From NCBI RefSeq assembly GCF_009914755.1, contig NC_060928.1: a DNA stretch of 64,000 bases; one strand, 5' to 3'. How positions within the stretch are numbered: position 1 is the first letter of the stretch; every line of letters starts with the position of its first letter. The notes beneath the pieces are model-generated. The model ran no database searches. It had not been told where the DNA came from and saw only the letters and a program-made list of their open reading frames with translations. Shown here one piece after another: positions 13,893 through 26,119 of this stretch. The translations under genes were made by a program, and so were the position numbers. This DNA is from the human T2T-CHM13v2.0 reference genome, Homo sapiens.

Positions 13893-14119
13893 TTTTCCTT
13901 ACAGGACGTGATAGGCTGCATGCAAGAGGCATACAGAAAATGGAAATAGTATTTCGCTGTCCTGAAACTTTCAGTGAAAGAGATCACCCAACATCAATAA
14001 CTTGTCATAATATTCTCTCCCTCCCTAAGTATTCTACAATGGAAAGAATGGAGGAAGCACTTCAAGTAGCCATCAACAACAACAGAGGATTTGTCTCACC
14101 CATGCTCACACAGTCATAA
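13893..14119 (+). CDS. HERC6: HERC6 last coding exon (FLTGRDRL...[16 protein letters not shown]...[11 protein letters not shown]), catalytic Cys codon 14003-14005
   Basis: ttctAG acceptor in phase 1, FLTG and P..TC.N.L.LP.Y HECT catalytic motifs, TAA at 14117-14119. Confidence 0.95.
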
Positions 14120-14199
14120 TCACCTCTGAGAGACTCAGGGTGGGCTTTCTCACACTTGGATCCTTCTGTTCTTCCTTACACCTAAATAATACAAGAGAT

Positions 14200-14291
14200 T
14201 AATGAATAGTGGTTAGAAGTAGTTGAGGGAGAGATTGGGGGAATGGGGAGATGATGATGATGGTCAAAGGGTGCAAAATCTCACACAAGAC
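14200..14291 (+). mobile_element. L1M 3' end fragment, left part (split by the ERV)
   Basis: gggggaatggggagatg...ggtcaaagggtgcaaaatctca resembles L1MA 3' UTR and continues at 25477. Confidence 0.65.
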
Positions 14292-14836
14292 TGAGGCAGG
14301 AGAATAGGGTACAGAGATAGGGATCTAAGGATGACTTGGACACACTCCCTGGCACTGAAGAGTCTGAACACTGGCCTGTGATTGGTCCATTCCAGGACCT
14401 TCATTTGCATAAGGTATCAAACCACATCAGCCTCTGATTGGCCATGGGCCAGACCTGCACTCTGGCCAATGATTGGTTCATTCCAGGACATTCATTTGCA
14501 TAAGGAGTCAAACCACACCAGTCTTGGATTGGCTGTGAGCCAATTCACCTCAGTCTCTAATTGGCTGTGAGTCAGTCTTTCATTTACATAGGGTGTAACC
14601 ATCAAGAAACCTCTACAGGGTACTTAAGCCCCAGAAGATTTTGCTACCAGGGCTCTTGAGCCACTTGCTCTAGCCCACTCCCACCCTGTGGAATGTACTT
14701 TCACTTTTGCTGCTTCACTGCCTTGTGCTCCAATAAATCCACTCCTTCACCACCCATTCATGCATGTCGCTCAATTCTTTGTTCAACACACCAAGAACCT
14801 GCACACCTCATTATCAGAACCCTTAACCTAGTAACA
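14292..14836 (+). mobile_element. ERV 5' LTR (MER51/MER61-like termini), overlapping HERC6 3' UTR
   Basis: TG...GTAACA ends, ~91-bp internal tandem unit with CCAAT boxes and ATTTGCAT, AATAAA at 14732; aligns to 24622-25476. Confidence 0.9.
14732..14737 (+). terminator. HERC6: AATAAA poly(A) signal within the ERV 5' LTR, probable HERC6 mRNA 3' end
   Basis: first canonical AATAAA I find after the HERC6 stop (~610 nt), followed by T/GT-rich sequence. Confidence 0.75.
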
Positions 14837-14841
14837 TATTT

Positions 14842-14859
14842 TGGCAAGCCAGTCAGGAG
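14842..14859 (+). other. Primer binding site, tRNA-Arg type
   Basis: TGGCAAGCCAGTCAGGAG 5 nt after the LTR end; 16/18 match to TGGCGAGCCAGCCAGGAG, the complement of a tRNA-Arg 3' end as I recall it. Confidence 0.75.
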
Positions 14860-16199
14860 GTAAGCCTAAATTTGGGGATTTATTTTCTTTTATTCTATTG
14901 AGATTCCATTTGTGGCCATGGGCTGGAACTAAACTCCACATGGGACTCTCTCTGTCTCTCCCCTTCTCTTTCTTTCCCTTTTCCAACTTGGGACCCTTGG
15001 CAGGCAGCATTCTAAGCACAGAGACAACTGCAGGTCTCTTGCTAGGGCCACTGTCTGGTGAGACTGAAAGGTTTCCGTGTGTAAGCACCTAACCATCATC
15101 GCCTGCTTCAGGTGGGGTCCTGAGTCCTTTTCTTTTTAGTCCTTCAGCAGCCATTTCCCAGTAGCTCGTTGGTAATTGAGGGCAACTGGCCCAGGCCACT
15201 CTCCAGTGTTGCCTGAAAGCCAAAGAGTGAGTGGGGTTAGCTGCCCGGCCTGGAAGTGGGATTCTTTTCTATCTTTCCTGGTTATAGTTCCTGAGCCCTA
15301 CATGTGATGCAACTGGCAGTGGCGGCTTGTCCAGGGTGAATACATAAACATTTCAGGTGCCTTTAACCCTCCTTTTCTTATGCTAAAATTCCCTCGTAGA
15401 GTCAGCCTGTCAGGGAATGCAACAAATAGGGGCACAAGATAAATCCCTACCGCCATGAGGTGCATGTTTTTGTGACTATAATATTATATTTATTTGCTGC
15501 TTGTGTTGGGATAACATGTTTAGACCAATTAGAGATGTACCCCAAACCCAAAGGGCCAGGGCAATAGGTAACTGACTATGGAGGCTCCAACAGCAAACAT
15601 TAGCCTAAAGGTTAGGGACCAACCACTTGGATAGGGAAAGTGCTGTGCTTCTTTTGTAAGGGACCACTTCTAGATCATTTGAGTTTAGTAGATCTGGTAC
15701 TAAGAGAAGAATCCTGGTGGAGACTCTTGGATCACTGTATAAATTGCACAGTGGATCCATGGGGTAATCTCTGCTCCTGGTTTATCTGGTACAGTCAGAG
15801 AGCACCATGCTCCCTTATTGAGAGGCCAGTCTCCAACAAGTTTAAATTAGGCAGTCTGCCATCCCTTGCCCTTCAAACTGTACTTACAACAATGGTTAAG
15901 GAAACCATTTGGGAAGAAACTATTGTGGCCAGCTACAAGGATGCCAAAAGCCAAGAACCATATCCAAGAACGAAGGGAATCATACTAGGCCATTGTCTAT
16001 GAAGGGAAAGCATTCAAAGCAGCACTGGTGCCCACCTAAGGTCAGAGATGTCTGACACTCTAAGATTGGACCCCAAAGGGGGACTCCTTGGGAGATCCAA
16101 TCCTAGGCCACAACCTCTCTGAAGGGGAAGACCCTAGATGGAGGTTCTGAGGTCTAGTATTAAACCCTCCTCAGAACTTTTTCTCTCTTACAAACAACA

Positions 16200-17700
16200 A
16201 TAGGAAATACTCCATCCATACCACCTGACTCCCCACTCAGCTGCATCCTCAATAATTGGAACCAATTTAACCCTGACAATATAGTAGGGAAACATTTGTT
16301 TTTTTTACTGTAATACTGTTTGGCCCCAGTATCCTCTAGATAGCCAGGAGCAATGGCTAGTCAATAGGAGTCTCAGTCATGACACTATCCTGCAATTAGA
16401 CTTATTTTGTAAAAGGCAGGGTAAATGGTCAGAAATACCATGTTTAAGCCTTTATGGCCCTGCACCAAAACCCTTCAATTTGTAAGGCTTCCAAATTTTG
16501 CCCTCAAAGAGAAAAAATTCCTAAAGTAGAACCAGATGTTATAGATGACCCCTTTCTGCAAGGGCCACTGTTTCTTAGGGGGAACTGTAACCACCTCCAT
16601 ACAACCCCTTGCCAAGTGCTCCTGAGGATCAAACCCAGGAACAGGAGCCGGAAACTCCACTAAGTTCCCCCACACACTTCCAGGGGAACACCTTATTCAA
16701 TTCCCTGTCCAGCTCTATTTCCCCCAAGGGAAGTAGCAGGAGTTGAGGGGCTAATCTAAGTGGAGGCCCCCTTCTCCATAACTGATATACAGCAATGAAA
16801 GGATAAGTTAGGAATTTATTCTGAGAACCCCAGGAGATTTGCAGACGGCTTCCAAACTTTAACCTTAGCCTTCGATCTCTCACAGAAAGATGTTCAATGT
16901 ATCCTGGCAACTTGTTGCACTCCTCTGGAGAAAGAATGTATTTCTGAGGCCGCCCAACGTGAAGCAAACAAGCTGTTTGCCGGAAACTCCGAGGGCAATT
17001 GCCTGGGCCCAGATACAGTCCCCATCACTGACTGTAACTGGAACTATAACACCCCTATGGGAATGAACAACCCAGCCAAATTCCTTGAAGCTCACCTGGG
17101 AGGAATGAGAAAGGAAATGACTAAGGCAGTAAATTAAGGGAAATTACACAGGTTAAGGAGGAAAGCTATATTTTATAGTGGATTGGAAAAGGCTTTTAAA
17201 AAATACACCAACCTGGACCCTCCCCCTCCTGAAGGCAAAGTACTAATGGCACAGGATTTCATTAGCCAAGCTGCCCTGGACATTAGGCATAAAATCCAGA
17301 AGCTACACATGGGACCACAAACTAATCAAAATCAGCTTATTGATACCACCTGCATGGTATATAACAAACGTGATCTGGAGGAAGTGGAAAGGGAATACAC
17401 TAAAGAAAAACAGCCAAAATTATGGCAACTGTCACTGGTGATGCCCTAAATGCCCAAAAGTCATCCAAGGAAAACCCAAAGGGTCCCAAGGACAATGCCG
17501 GCAAAAGCTCTGGTTACAAGTGCAAGAAAAGTGGGCACTAGGCAAAGTACTGCACTAAGCCCACGCAGGGCCTGTGCTGCCAATGTGAGGGCACCAGTCG
17601 TGACCTCTGGCACTGGATAATTGACTGCCCCTGCTCCCACCAAGGGGCTCCATCAGTCAAAACTCTAGCAGCACATAAGGAGGGATCAGATGAAGACTCA
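16200..17700 (+). pseudogene. gag: ERV gag remnant (MA, CA, NC with two decayed zinc knuckles)
   Basis: start mutated to ATA then GNTPSIPPDSPLSCILNNWNQFNPD; KAFKKYTNLDP...FISQAALDIRHKIQKL capsid; YKCKKSGH*AKYC and CCQCEG...HWIIDCP knuckles; many stops and frameshifts. Confidence 0.85.
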
Positions 17701-18060
17701 TGGGACCCAGGGACATCATCACTACCACTTAGGATCCCTGGGTAACTCTGGATGTCATGGGCACCAAAATTAATTCACAGGCCAAGCAGCAGCTTCACTT
17801 GGAATGGCTGAATTCTATAGGATACAAATCCCAAATTTCGGGCACATAGCAAAGCCCCTTTACAAGGCAACAAGGGGACCTTAAGATGAGCCAATGGAAT
17901 GAACCCTAGAAATGAGGGAGACTTTCACCAAGTTAAAACGGGCTCTCAGCCAGGCTCGTGCACTCAGCATTCCAAACCTCACCAAGCCCTTCCTGTATGT
18001 AGCAGAAAAGAAAGGCATAGCTGTGGGAGTGCTTACTCAGAAGTTGAGAACAGAGCCTAG

Positions 18061-18792
<732 letters not shown>

Positions 18793-18939
18793 AAAAATTA
18801 CTCTAGACCAGCCACAACTCCCCACCAGTCCTAGAAATAAAAGGACATATCTGGATGACAGGAGAAAGATTAAATACGAGGTGGCACTCCTAGATAATCC
18901 AGAGATCACAATTAAGACCTGTAACACCTTAAACCCAGC

Positions 18940-19997
18940 TCTATTAGTCTGTTCTCATGCTGCTAGTAAAGACATACCTGAGACTGGGTAATTTATAAAG
19001 GAAAGAGGTTTAACTGACTCACAGTTCCACATGACTGGGGAGGCCTCACAATCATGGCTAGTGGAAGGCAAAGGAGAAGCAAAGTAATGTCTTACATGGC
19101 AGCAGGCAAGACAGTGTGTGCTGGGGAACTCTCCTTTATAAAACCATCAGATCTAGTGAGACTGATTCACTATCATGAGAACAGCACGGGAAAGACCCAC
19201 CCCCATGATTCAATTACCTCCCACTGGGTTGTGGCAGGCCAATTCTCCCTGACAATCACACAGACAGGCCTGTATAGCACTCCAGTTACACTGACAGATT
19301 TCCACAGCACTGCCTTAACATTTAGCAAATAGTTAAGCCTAGGGAAACTGGTGCCCAGACATCAAAGCTAGAAATGAAACATATGTCATATGGTCAGTAG
19401 GTTTCTCCCTAACCCGGAGCAAGTCAAAATAATAGAGACAGTCTTACATTCCTAGTGCTAGGACCCATCTCGGGTTGACGGAATCTGAGACAGTTCAAGG
19501 TAATGGTGGCAGCTGTGTGAATAGATTCATTAGAGAGTCTAAGGCAGCTCTCTGGACCAAGCTGCAAAGGAGATAAGATAGAAATAATCACTCTGGTACC
19601 ACAGTAGACAGGCCTTGAAGGTTCTGGGGCCCTTTTAATCAAACTTAGCAAGCATTTTTTGCTTCTGTCCTTCTAGTTGAAACAAAATTAGCTACAAATA
19701 GACTTAGGTGAATGCTATACTGCACGTAGGCACATAACCCCAACCTATACATGCACTAAGAAAATTGTAACACTTTGGGTTGGTCTGGTGGAATTATCTC
19801 TGGCCTTCTCCCTGTATCCAGTTATATCAATAAATTCCATTCTTTCCTAGTTTGTCTGCTTCTCCTTATTGGGCCTTGAGAAAACGCAGCCAGACCCAGC
19901 TTGGTTCTGGGAACAGGGTCCCTCCCATGACACATGGAAATTATGGGAGCTACAGTTCAAGATGAGATATGGGTGGGGACACAGCCAAACCATATCA
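18940..19997 (-). mobile_element. THE1-family MaLR solo LTR inserted in pol, split by another LTR
   Basis: tattagtctgttctcatgctgct...gacatacctgagactgggtaatttataaag...acagccaaaccatatca; 5-bp TSD ccagc/tcagc. Confidence 0.88.
19230..19915 (+). mobile_element. Solo LTR, PABL-like (ERV1), nested inside THE1
   Basis: TGTGGCAGGCC...GGGAACA ends, exact 4-bp TSD GGGT (19226-19229, 19916-19919), AATAAA at 19829; family name from memory. Confidence 0.8.
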
Positions 19998-20281
19998 TCA
20001 GCTGCACTGCTACCTATGGGCACCATAACCAATCATTCCTGTGAGCAAATCATTGTACACAGATATGGGAGCCAGCCTCTTTTATCTTTTAGAACAGCCT
20101 CTTCCAGACCCTGTGGATAACTGGTTTATAGACGGCAGCAGCTTTGTGCTAAACAGGGAGCACCAAGCTGGATATGCAATAGTGAATTACACCATTTTTG
20201 AAGTCCAGCTACTGCCCCCAGGCACATTGACACAAAGGCTGAGATCATTGTTCTTACTCAAGCATTAAGGTTGGGACAAGA

Positions 20282-20610
<329 letters not shown>

Positions 20611-21368
20611 CTAACATCTATGCAGATTCTAAATATGCATTTCTTGTGGTTCATGCTAATGCTGCAATTTGGAAAGGAGACTACTTACTAGCAAGCACTC
20701 CCCCATAAAACATGGGATTCTTCAGCTATTGCAGACAACATTTGCCAGAGGCCATAGCCATTATTCATTGCAAAGGGCAACAAAAGAATCTAACTCCTAT
20801 AGCACAAGGGAACAAAAAGGAATCCAAGGCAGCAGCCCTCAAGGTACAGTCTCAACAAGTTTTAGCACTACTCCTTTTTTATGACCCCCCAATAGAACCT
20901 GAGTACACCTCACAGGAAGAACATCTAATAAGACAACAAGGAGGAATGAAACAGGGATCTTGGTGGTATAAGGGATCAAAAATAAATCTTCCCCAAGCAG
21001 CCCAATGGAAAATCATAAAAGCCCTGCATAACTCTTTCCATGTGGGAAGAGACACAACTTTGGCCATGGCAAACAAGCTCTTCACTGGATCCAACCTAGC
21101 TTCCATGGCCAAACAGGTCTGTCAAGCCTGCTCACTGTGTGCATTAAACAACCCAGGAAACAAAGTGCCTCCTTTAACAGAGCCAATCCAAAGAGGGAGA
21201 ACTTACCCAGGGTAAGACTGGCAATTGGACTTTACCCATATGCCAGCCTGTAAAGGATTCAAGTTTTTACTAGTACTGATAGAAACCTTTATTAGCTGGG
21301 TTGAAGCTTACCCTTCCAGAACAGAAAAGGCCAATGAAGTAGTGAAAATTCTCTTAAAAGAAATAATC

Positions 21369-21680
21369 TGGCTAGGGACGATGTCTCACACCTGTAATCC
21401 CAATACCTTGGAAAGCTGAGGCAGGCAGATCACTGAGCCAGAAGTTCAAGCCCAGCCTGGGCAACATGGCGAAACCCTGTCTCTACGAAAAAAAAAAAAA
21501 AAAATTATCTGGGCACGATGGTGCATGCCTGTAATCCCAGCTACTCAGGAGGCTGCGGCACAGGAATCATTTGAAACAAGGAGGTGGGGCTGCAGTGAGC
21601 CAAGCACACTGCACTCCAGCCTGGGCAACAGAGTGAGGCTCTGCCTCAAAAAAAAAAAAAAAAGAAAGAAAGAAAGAAAG
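21369..21680 (+). mobile_element. Diverged Alu (J-like features) in the ERV integrase region
   Basis: dimeric Alu, TSD agaaataatc on both sides. Confidence 0.85.
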
Positions 21681-22599
21681 AGAAATAATCCCTTGGTTTG
21701 GGCTACCCCAGAGCCTTCAAAATAACAGCTTATCTTTTGTCTCCCAAATAACTCAAGGGGTTGCTAAGGCCCTCAGGATCAAATTTACATTCAGCATGGA
21801 GGCCTCCATCCTCCAGGAAAGTAGAAAAGGCTAATCAAACTCTAAAATGGGCATTAGTTAAACTGTGCCAGGAGATGTCAGAGACTTGGGTTGACTTGCT
21901 CCCCACATCCCTCTTAAGGATCCGTAATTCCCCTCAAGCAAAAATTAATCTAAGCCCATATGAAATATTATATGCAAGGCCATCTTTAACTAATGATCTA
22001 ATCACTGATCCAGAAACAACCAGTTTAGTAAAATACCTAATTAACCTGGGACAATTTCAGCAGGATTTACAAAAGTTTGGAACCCAGTGGTTCCCTGTAC
22101 TGGGAACTAACCAGCAACCCAAAATTAGGCCAGGAGGTAAGGTACCGGTGAAAACATGGAAAGAGGAATCATCTGCTCAACAGCTACAACCCAAATGGAA
22201 GGAACCATTTTCAGTGGTGCTGGCCACACCTTCCATGGTCAAGGTACTAGGGTTAGATAATTGGATACATCTTTCCAGCATCAAGCCTGCCATACCAGAA
22301 GTTCCCGGACCCCGAACGTGGAACTCCCACCAGCCACTATACCTGTGAACCTGTGGAAGACCTGAAATACCTGTTTAAAAGAATGGCTAAAAGATAAGTA
22401 AAGGCCTACTAACTTTCCTTGGTGTCTTTTCTGTGTGTTCGTGGTAGTTGGGGTAATACTAGTTTTTCTTACATTATTAAACTGCCTTTTCCCAAGCAGG
22501 TAGGATCATTTCCTCTGCCCTAGTAGAATCCTATCCTGTAGGACTTAAAGGAAGCAAAATAACAAAAAGGTACATTCATACCCACAATGATTTGCTATA

Positions 22600-24530
22600 G
22601 GCCACACACACTGGGATCATGCATATTGGGAATTGGCTTAATTCTACAGCAGGGCCTTGATTTACCCTCTGACCATTAGGTGACCCTCAGTATTTACTAA
22701 GAACCTTGAATCTAACACAAAGACTGTTAAACACCACCAGCCAAGCCTTGTTTTTTTGTTTTTGTTTTTTGGGTATTTTTTAGTAGAGACAGGCTTTCAC
22801 CATGTTGGCCAGGCTGGTCTTGAACTCCTGACCTCAAGTGATCTGCTCGCCTAGGCCTCCCAAAGTGCTGGGATTAGAGGCATGAGCCACTGTGCCTGGC
22901 TGCCAGCCTAGCCTTAGTAAAAACATTGTTGGCTTTGCTTATCCCCATACTCCTCCAGGTACACTGCTATCCCAGTCCCAGCACGATATTGGGCCCTTGA
23001 AAAAATGACTTATCACCCTGCCTACAAAGGAGGAACTCTCTTCAAACTAATAAACTTAGATGACTTATACAACCAAATTACAGACATGACAAAGGTTACA
23101 ATGACAGGACGAGCAGTAAACCTCCTGCAGTCCTATCAGAGCAACCTCTCTAGGGTTACATCCTCAGAAAAGCCCATCTAGGGCCCAATATCAACACACA
23201 CAGAGCTAGAATTCCAGGTACACTCTGTGTCAAAAGGAGCCAAAAGTCCAGTCAGGTCCTGGGGACCTTGAAGAGTAATCAGTGCAACTACACTCTGGAG
23301 ATTAATCCCTCACACAATCATGTAAATTACACAACTACCCAAACTACATGATTTAGAAAACCTGTATGGTTTTCACGGAAACCATTCCTAGTTAAGGGCA
23401 TCTTAAAACATATTCGGTCTAAGTACTGTTAAGGGAAGCCCCCTAGCTGTGTCCACACTTTTCCTTGGGAAGACTGCATTAGCCCTGAAATTCACCTCTA
23501 GCTGTCTTTTGGTTCTCCATTATGAAAATACTCCCAGGTGGTTGTTGGTGGACGCCAAGAGCAGCTACCTCCACTGGGAAAATAAAACCACTGGGGCAAC
23601 CCAACTTTGCAAGGCCCCTTCCCGTCGTCAACAGGGGCCACCTTAGCAGGGACCTTAACTACTTGGGAAAGCAAAAATAACAAACTAACCCATATGTTCA
23701 CCATAGAAAACAATTTCTGTCTTGAAAAACGGGGAGCATTTTTCCTGTGCAGGACCAGCTCCTACTTACGTTTACCTGCCAATTGGACTGGAACTTGTAT
23801 ACTTGTTTATTTAGCCCCTGAAATTAATATAGCTCCCGATAACCAATCTCTCACTGTATCTTTGACTGCAACCACCAGACACAAGCAAGCCATCCAACTC
23901 ATACCCCTTTTAGTAGAGCTGGGAGTAACAGCAGGAATAGGAACAGGAGTTAACGGGCTGGCAACTTCCCTATCCTACTACCAGGGCTTGTCCATTGATT
24001 TCATGGAAATCTTGGATGACATTGCTCAAAGTATTGTCATCAGACAAAATCAAATAGGCTCCCTGGCAGTGGTCACTTTGCAAAATAGAAGGGGACTAGA
24101 CCTCATAACCACTGAGAAGGGAGGCTTATGTCTTTTCCTAGAGGAAGAATGCTGTTTCTATGTCAACCAATCAGGAATAGTAAGGGATGCCACCTGAAAA
24201 CTAGCTGACCAGGCCGCTAAGATACAACAGCTGTCGGAATCATGGGGCTCCTGGTCAAGGTGCTGGGCTGGGTGTCATGGTTCCATCCCCTAGCCAGACC
24301 GTTGCTAATGGTTATACTGGCCCTGGTCTTTGGCCCATGTTTGCTAAACCTTTTAACCAAGTTCATTTTCTCTTGCCTAGAAACCATTTAGCTTCAGATG
24401 ATTGTGCGACAAGGTTTCCAGCCAGTGCCAGGTAAAGGCACCACCTCTGGCCGTCAAAAGGTTACTCTGTCTCCACAAGACAAAGCAGGGCGAGAGTTCT
24501 GTGGTCCCCAGCAGGTAAGGCCAGCGTGCT
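22600..24530 (+). pseudogene. env: ERV env remnant (SU C-terminus, TM with ISD and CX6CC)
   Basis: LPANWTGTC, decayed furin site RHKQ, fusion peptide, LQNRRGLDLITTEKGGL, CLFLEEECC; stop at 24195-24197; 5' boundary approximate. Confidence 0.88.
22750..22901 (-). mobile_element. Alu monomer-length fragment in ERV env
   Basis: Alu left-arm sequence with ccagcc(a/t)agcctt flanks. Confidence 0.8.
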
Positions 24531-24621
24531 AAATCAGCAGGAAGCAGTTACAAAAGAAAAGACCATCAGTCCCTCTGCCTCCCATAAAGATTTCTAGGGA
24601 TCATGTCTCTCAGGGGGAAAA

Positions 24622-25476
24622 TGAGGCAGGAGAATAGGATCCAGAGATAGGGAATCTAAGGATAACTTGGACAGACTCCCTGGAGCTGAAGAGTCTGCAC
24701 ACTGACCTATGATTGGTCCATTCCAGGACCTTCATTTGCATAAGGTGCCAAACCACATCAGGCTCTGATTGGCCACAGGCCGGTACCTGCACTCTGGCCA
24801 GTGATTGGTCTATTCCAGGCCCTTCATTTGCATAAGGCACCAAAACACACCAGTCTTGGATTGGCCATGGGCCAATTCACCTTGGCGTGGAATTGGTCAC
24901 AAGCCAGTCCTTCATTTACATAGGATGTAACCCACAAGAAACCTCTAAAGGGTACTGAAGCCCCAGAAGACTTTGCTACCAGGGCTCTTGAATCACTTGC
25001 TTGAGCCCGCTCCCACCCTGTGGAATGTACTTTTGCCTTTGATCCTTCACTGTCTTCCACTTTCTTTTTTTTTTGAGAGGGAGTCTGGCTCTGTTGCCCA
25101 GGTTGGAGTGCCGTGGCGCGATCTCGGCTCACTGAAAGCTCCGCCTCCTGGGTTCACGCCATTCTCCTGCCTCAGCCTCCCAAGTAGCTGGGACTACAGG
25201 CGCCCGCCACCACACCCAGCTAATTTTTTTGTATTTTTAGTAGAGACGGGGTTTCACCGCGTTAGCCAGGATGGTCTCGATGTCCTGACCTCGTGATCCG
25301 CCCGTCTCGGCCTCCCAAAGTGCTGGGATTACAGGTGTGAGCCACTGCGCCCGGCCCACTATCTTCCACTTTCATAAATTCACTCCTTCACCGCTTGTTC
25401 ATGTGTGTTGTTCAATTCTTTGTTCAATGTGCCAAGACCTGGACACCTCACCATCAGAACACTTAACCCAGAAACG
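24622..25476 (+). mobile_element. ERV 3' LTR interrupted by an antisense AluY
   Basis: preceded by PPT AGGGGGAAAA (24612-24621); colinear with the 5' LTR; ends CCCAGAAACG. Confidence 0.9.
25065..25356 (-). mobile_element. AluY in the 3' LTR
   Basis: AluY-type sequence; 17-bp TSD cact(g/a)tcttccactttc at 25048-25064 and 25357-25373. Confidence 0.92.
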
Positions 25477-25740
25477 AGATGAATGTGTTCATTCTTTTTT
25501 TTTTGAGTTCGATTGCACAGTGTGGTAAATATAATTAACAATACAGTATTGCACTTTTCAAAATACCGAAGAGATAAAATTTCAAATGTTTTCACCACAA
25601 AAATTGTTAAGTATTTGAGGTGATGGATGTGGGAACTAGCTTGATTTAATTATTCCACATTGTTATTCATAAATTATAAGATCACTTTGTTCCCCATAAA
25701 TGTATACAATTATAAATTGCCAATTTACAATTTAAAAAAA
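25477..25740 (+). mobile_element. L1M 3' end fragment, right part, ending in an A-tail
   Basis: aaatgttttcaccacaaaaa...tgaggtgatggat...gcttgattta...ccccataaatgtatacaatta, L1MA-type 3' terminus. Confidence 0.8.
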
Positions 25741-26119
25741 GAGAATTAGTTGAAAAATGTTTGGATAAATAATAAAGTGATGAATCAAGAATAATTTTTT
25801 TTTAAGAGACGAGGTCTCACTATGTTGCCCAGTCTGGTCTTGAAATCCTGGGCTTAAGAAATTCTCCTGCCTTGCCTCCCAAGTGCTGGGATTACAGGTG
25901 TGAGCCAAGAATAATATTTTTAATAAAACAATGTTATGTAAAGCAACATTTCCTATATCCCTAACCTTGCTAGATATATATTTTATATTCAGGAATATCT
26001 CTAGAGTTTTTATTTTAGCAAAGTGCTGAATAATTTATTTGAAAAATCTGAATGTTAAGGGATTCATTAATTCATTGAATAATTACTTATAGTAGGTACT
26101 GTGTGGCAAGTACCATTCT

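Noticed and set aside
14370-14560. Repeated ~91-bp units as a CRISPR-like or novel array
   Set aside because: Only two to three degenerate units inside LTR U3, mirrored in the other LTR; no unique spacers and a eukaryotic context.
20712-22348. 167-aa and 195-aa pol ORFs as a possibly domesticated integrase
   Set aside because: The catalytic core is split by a stop, frameshifts and an Alu at 21369.
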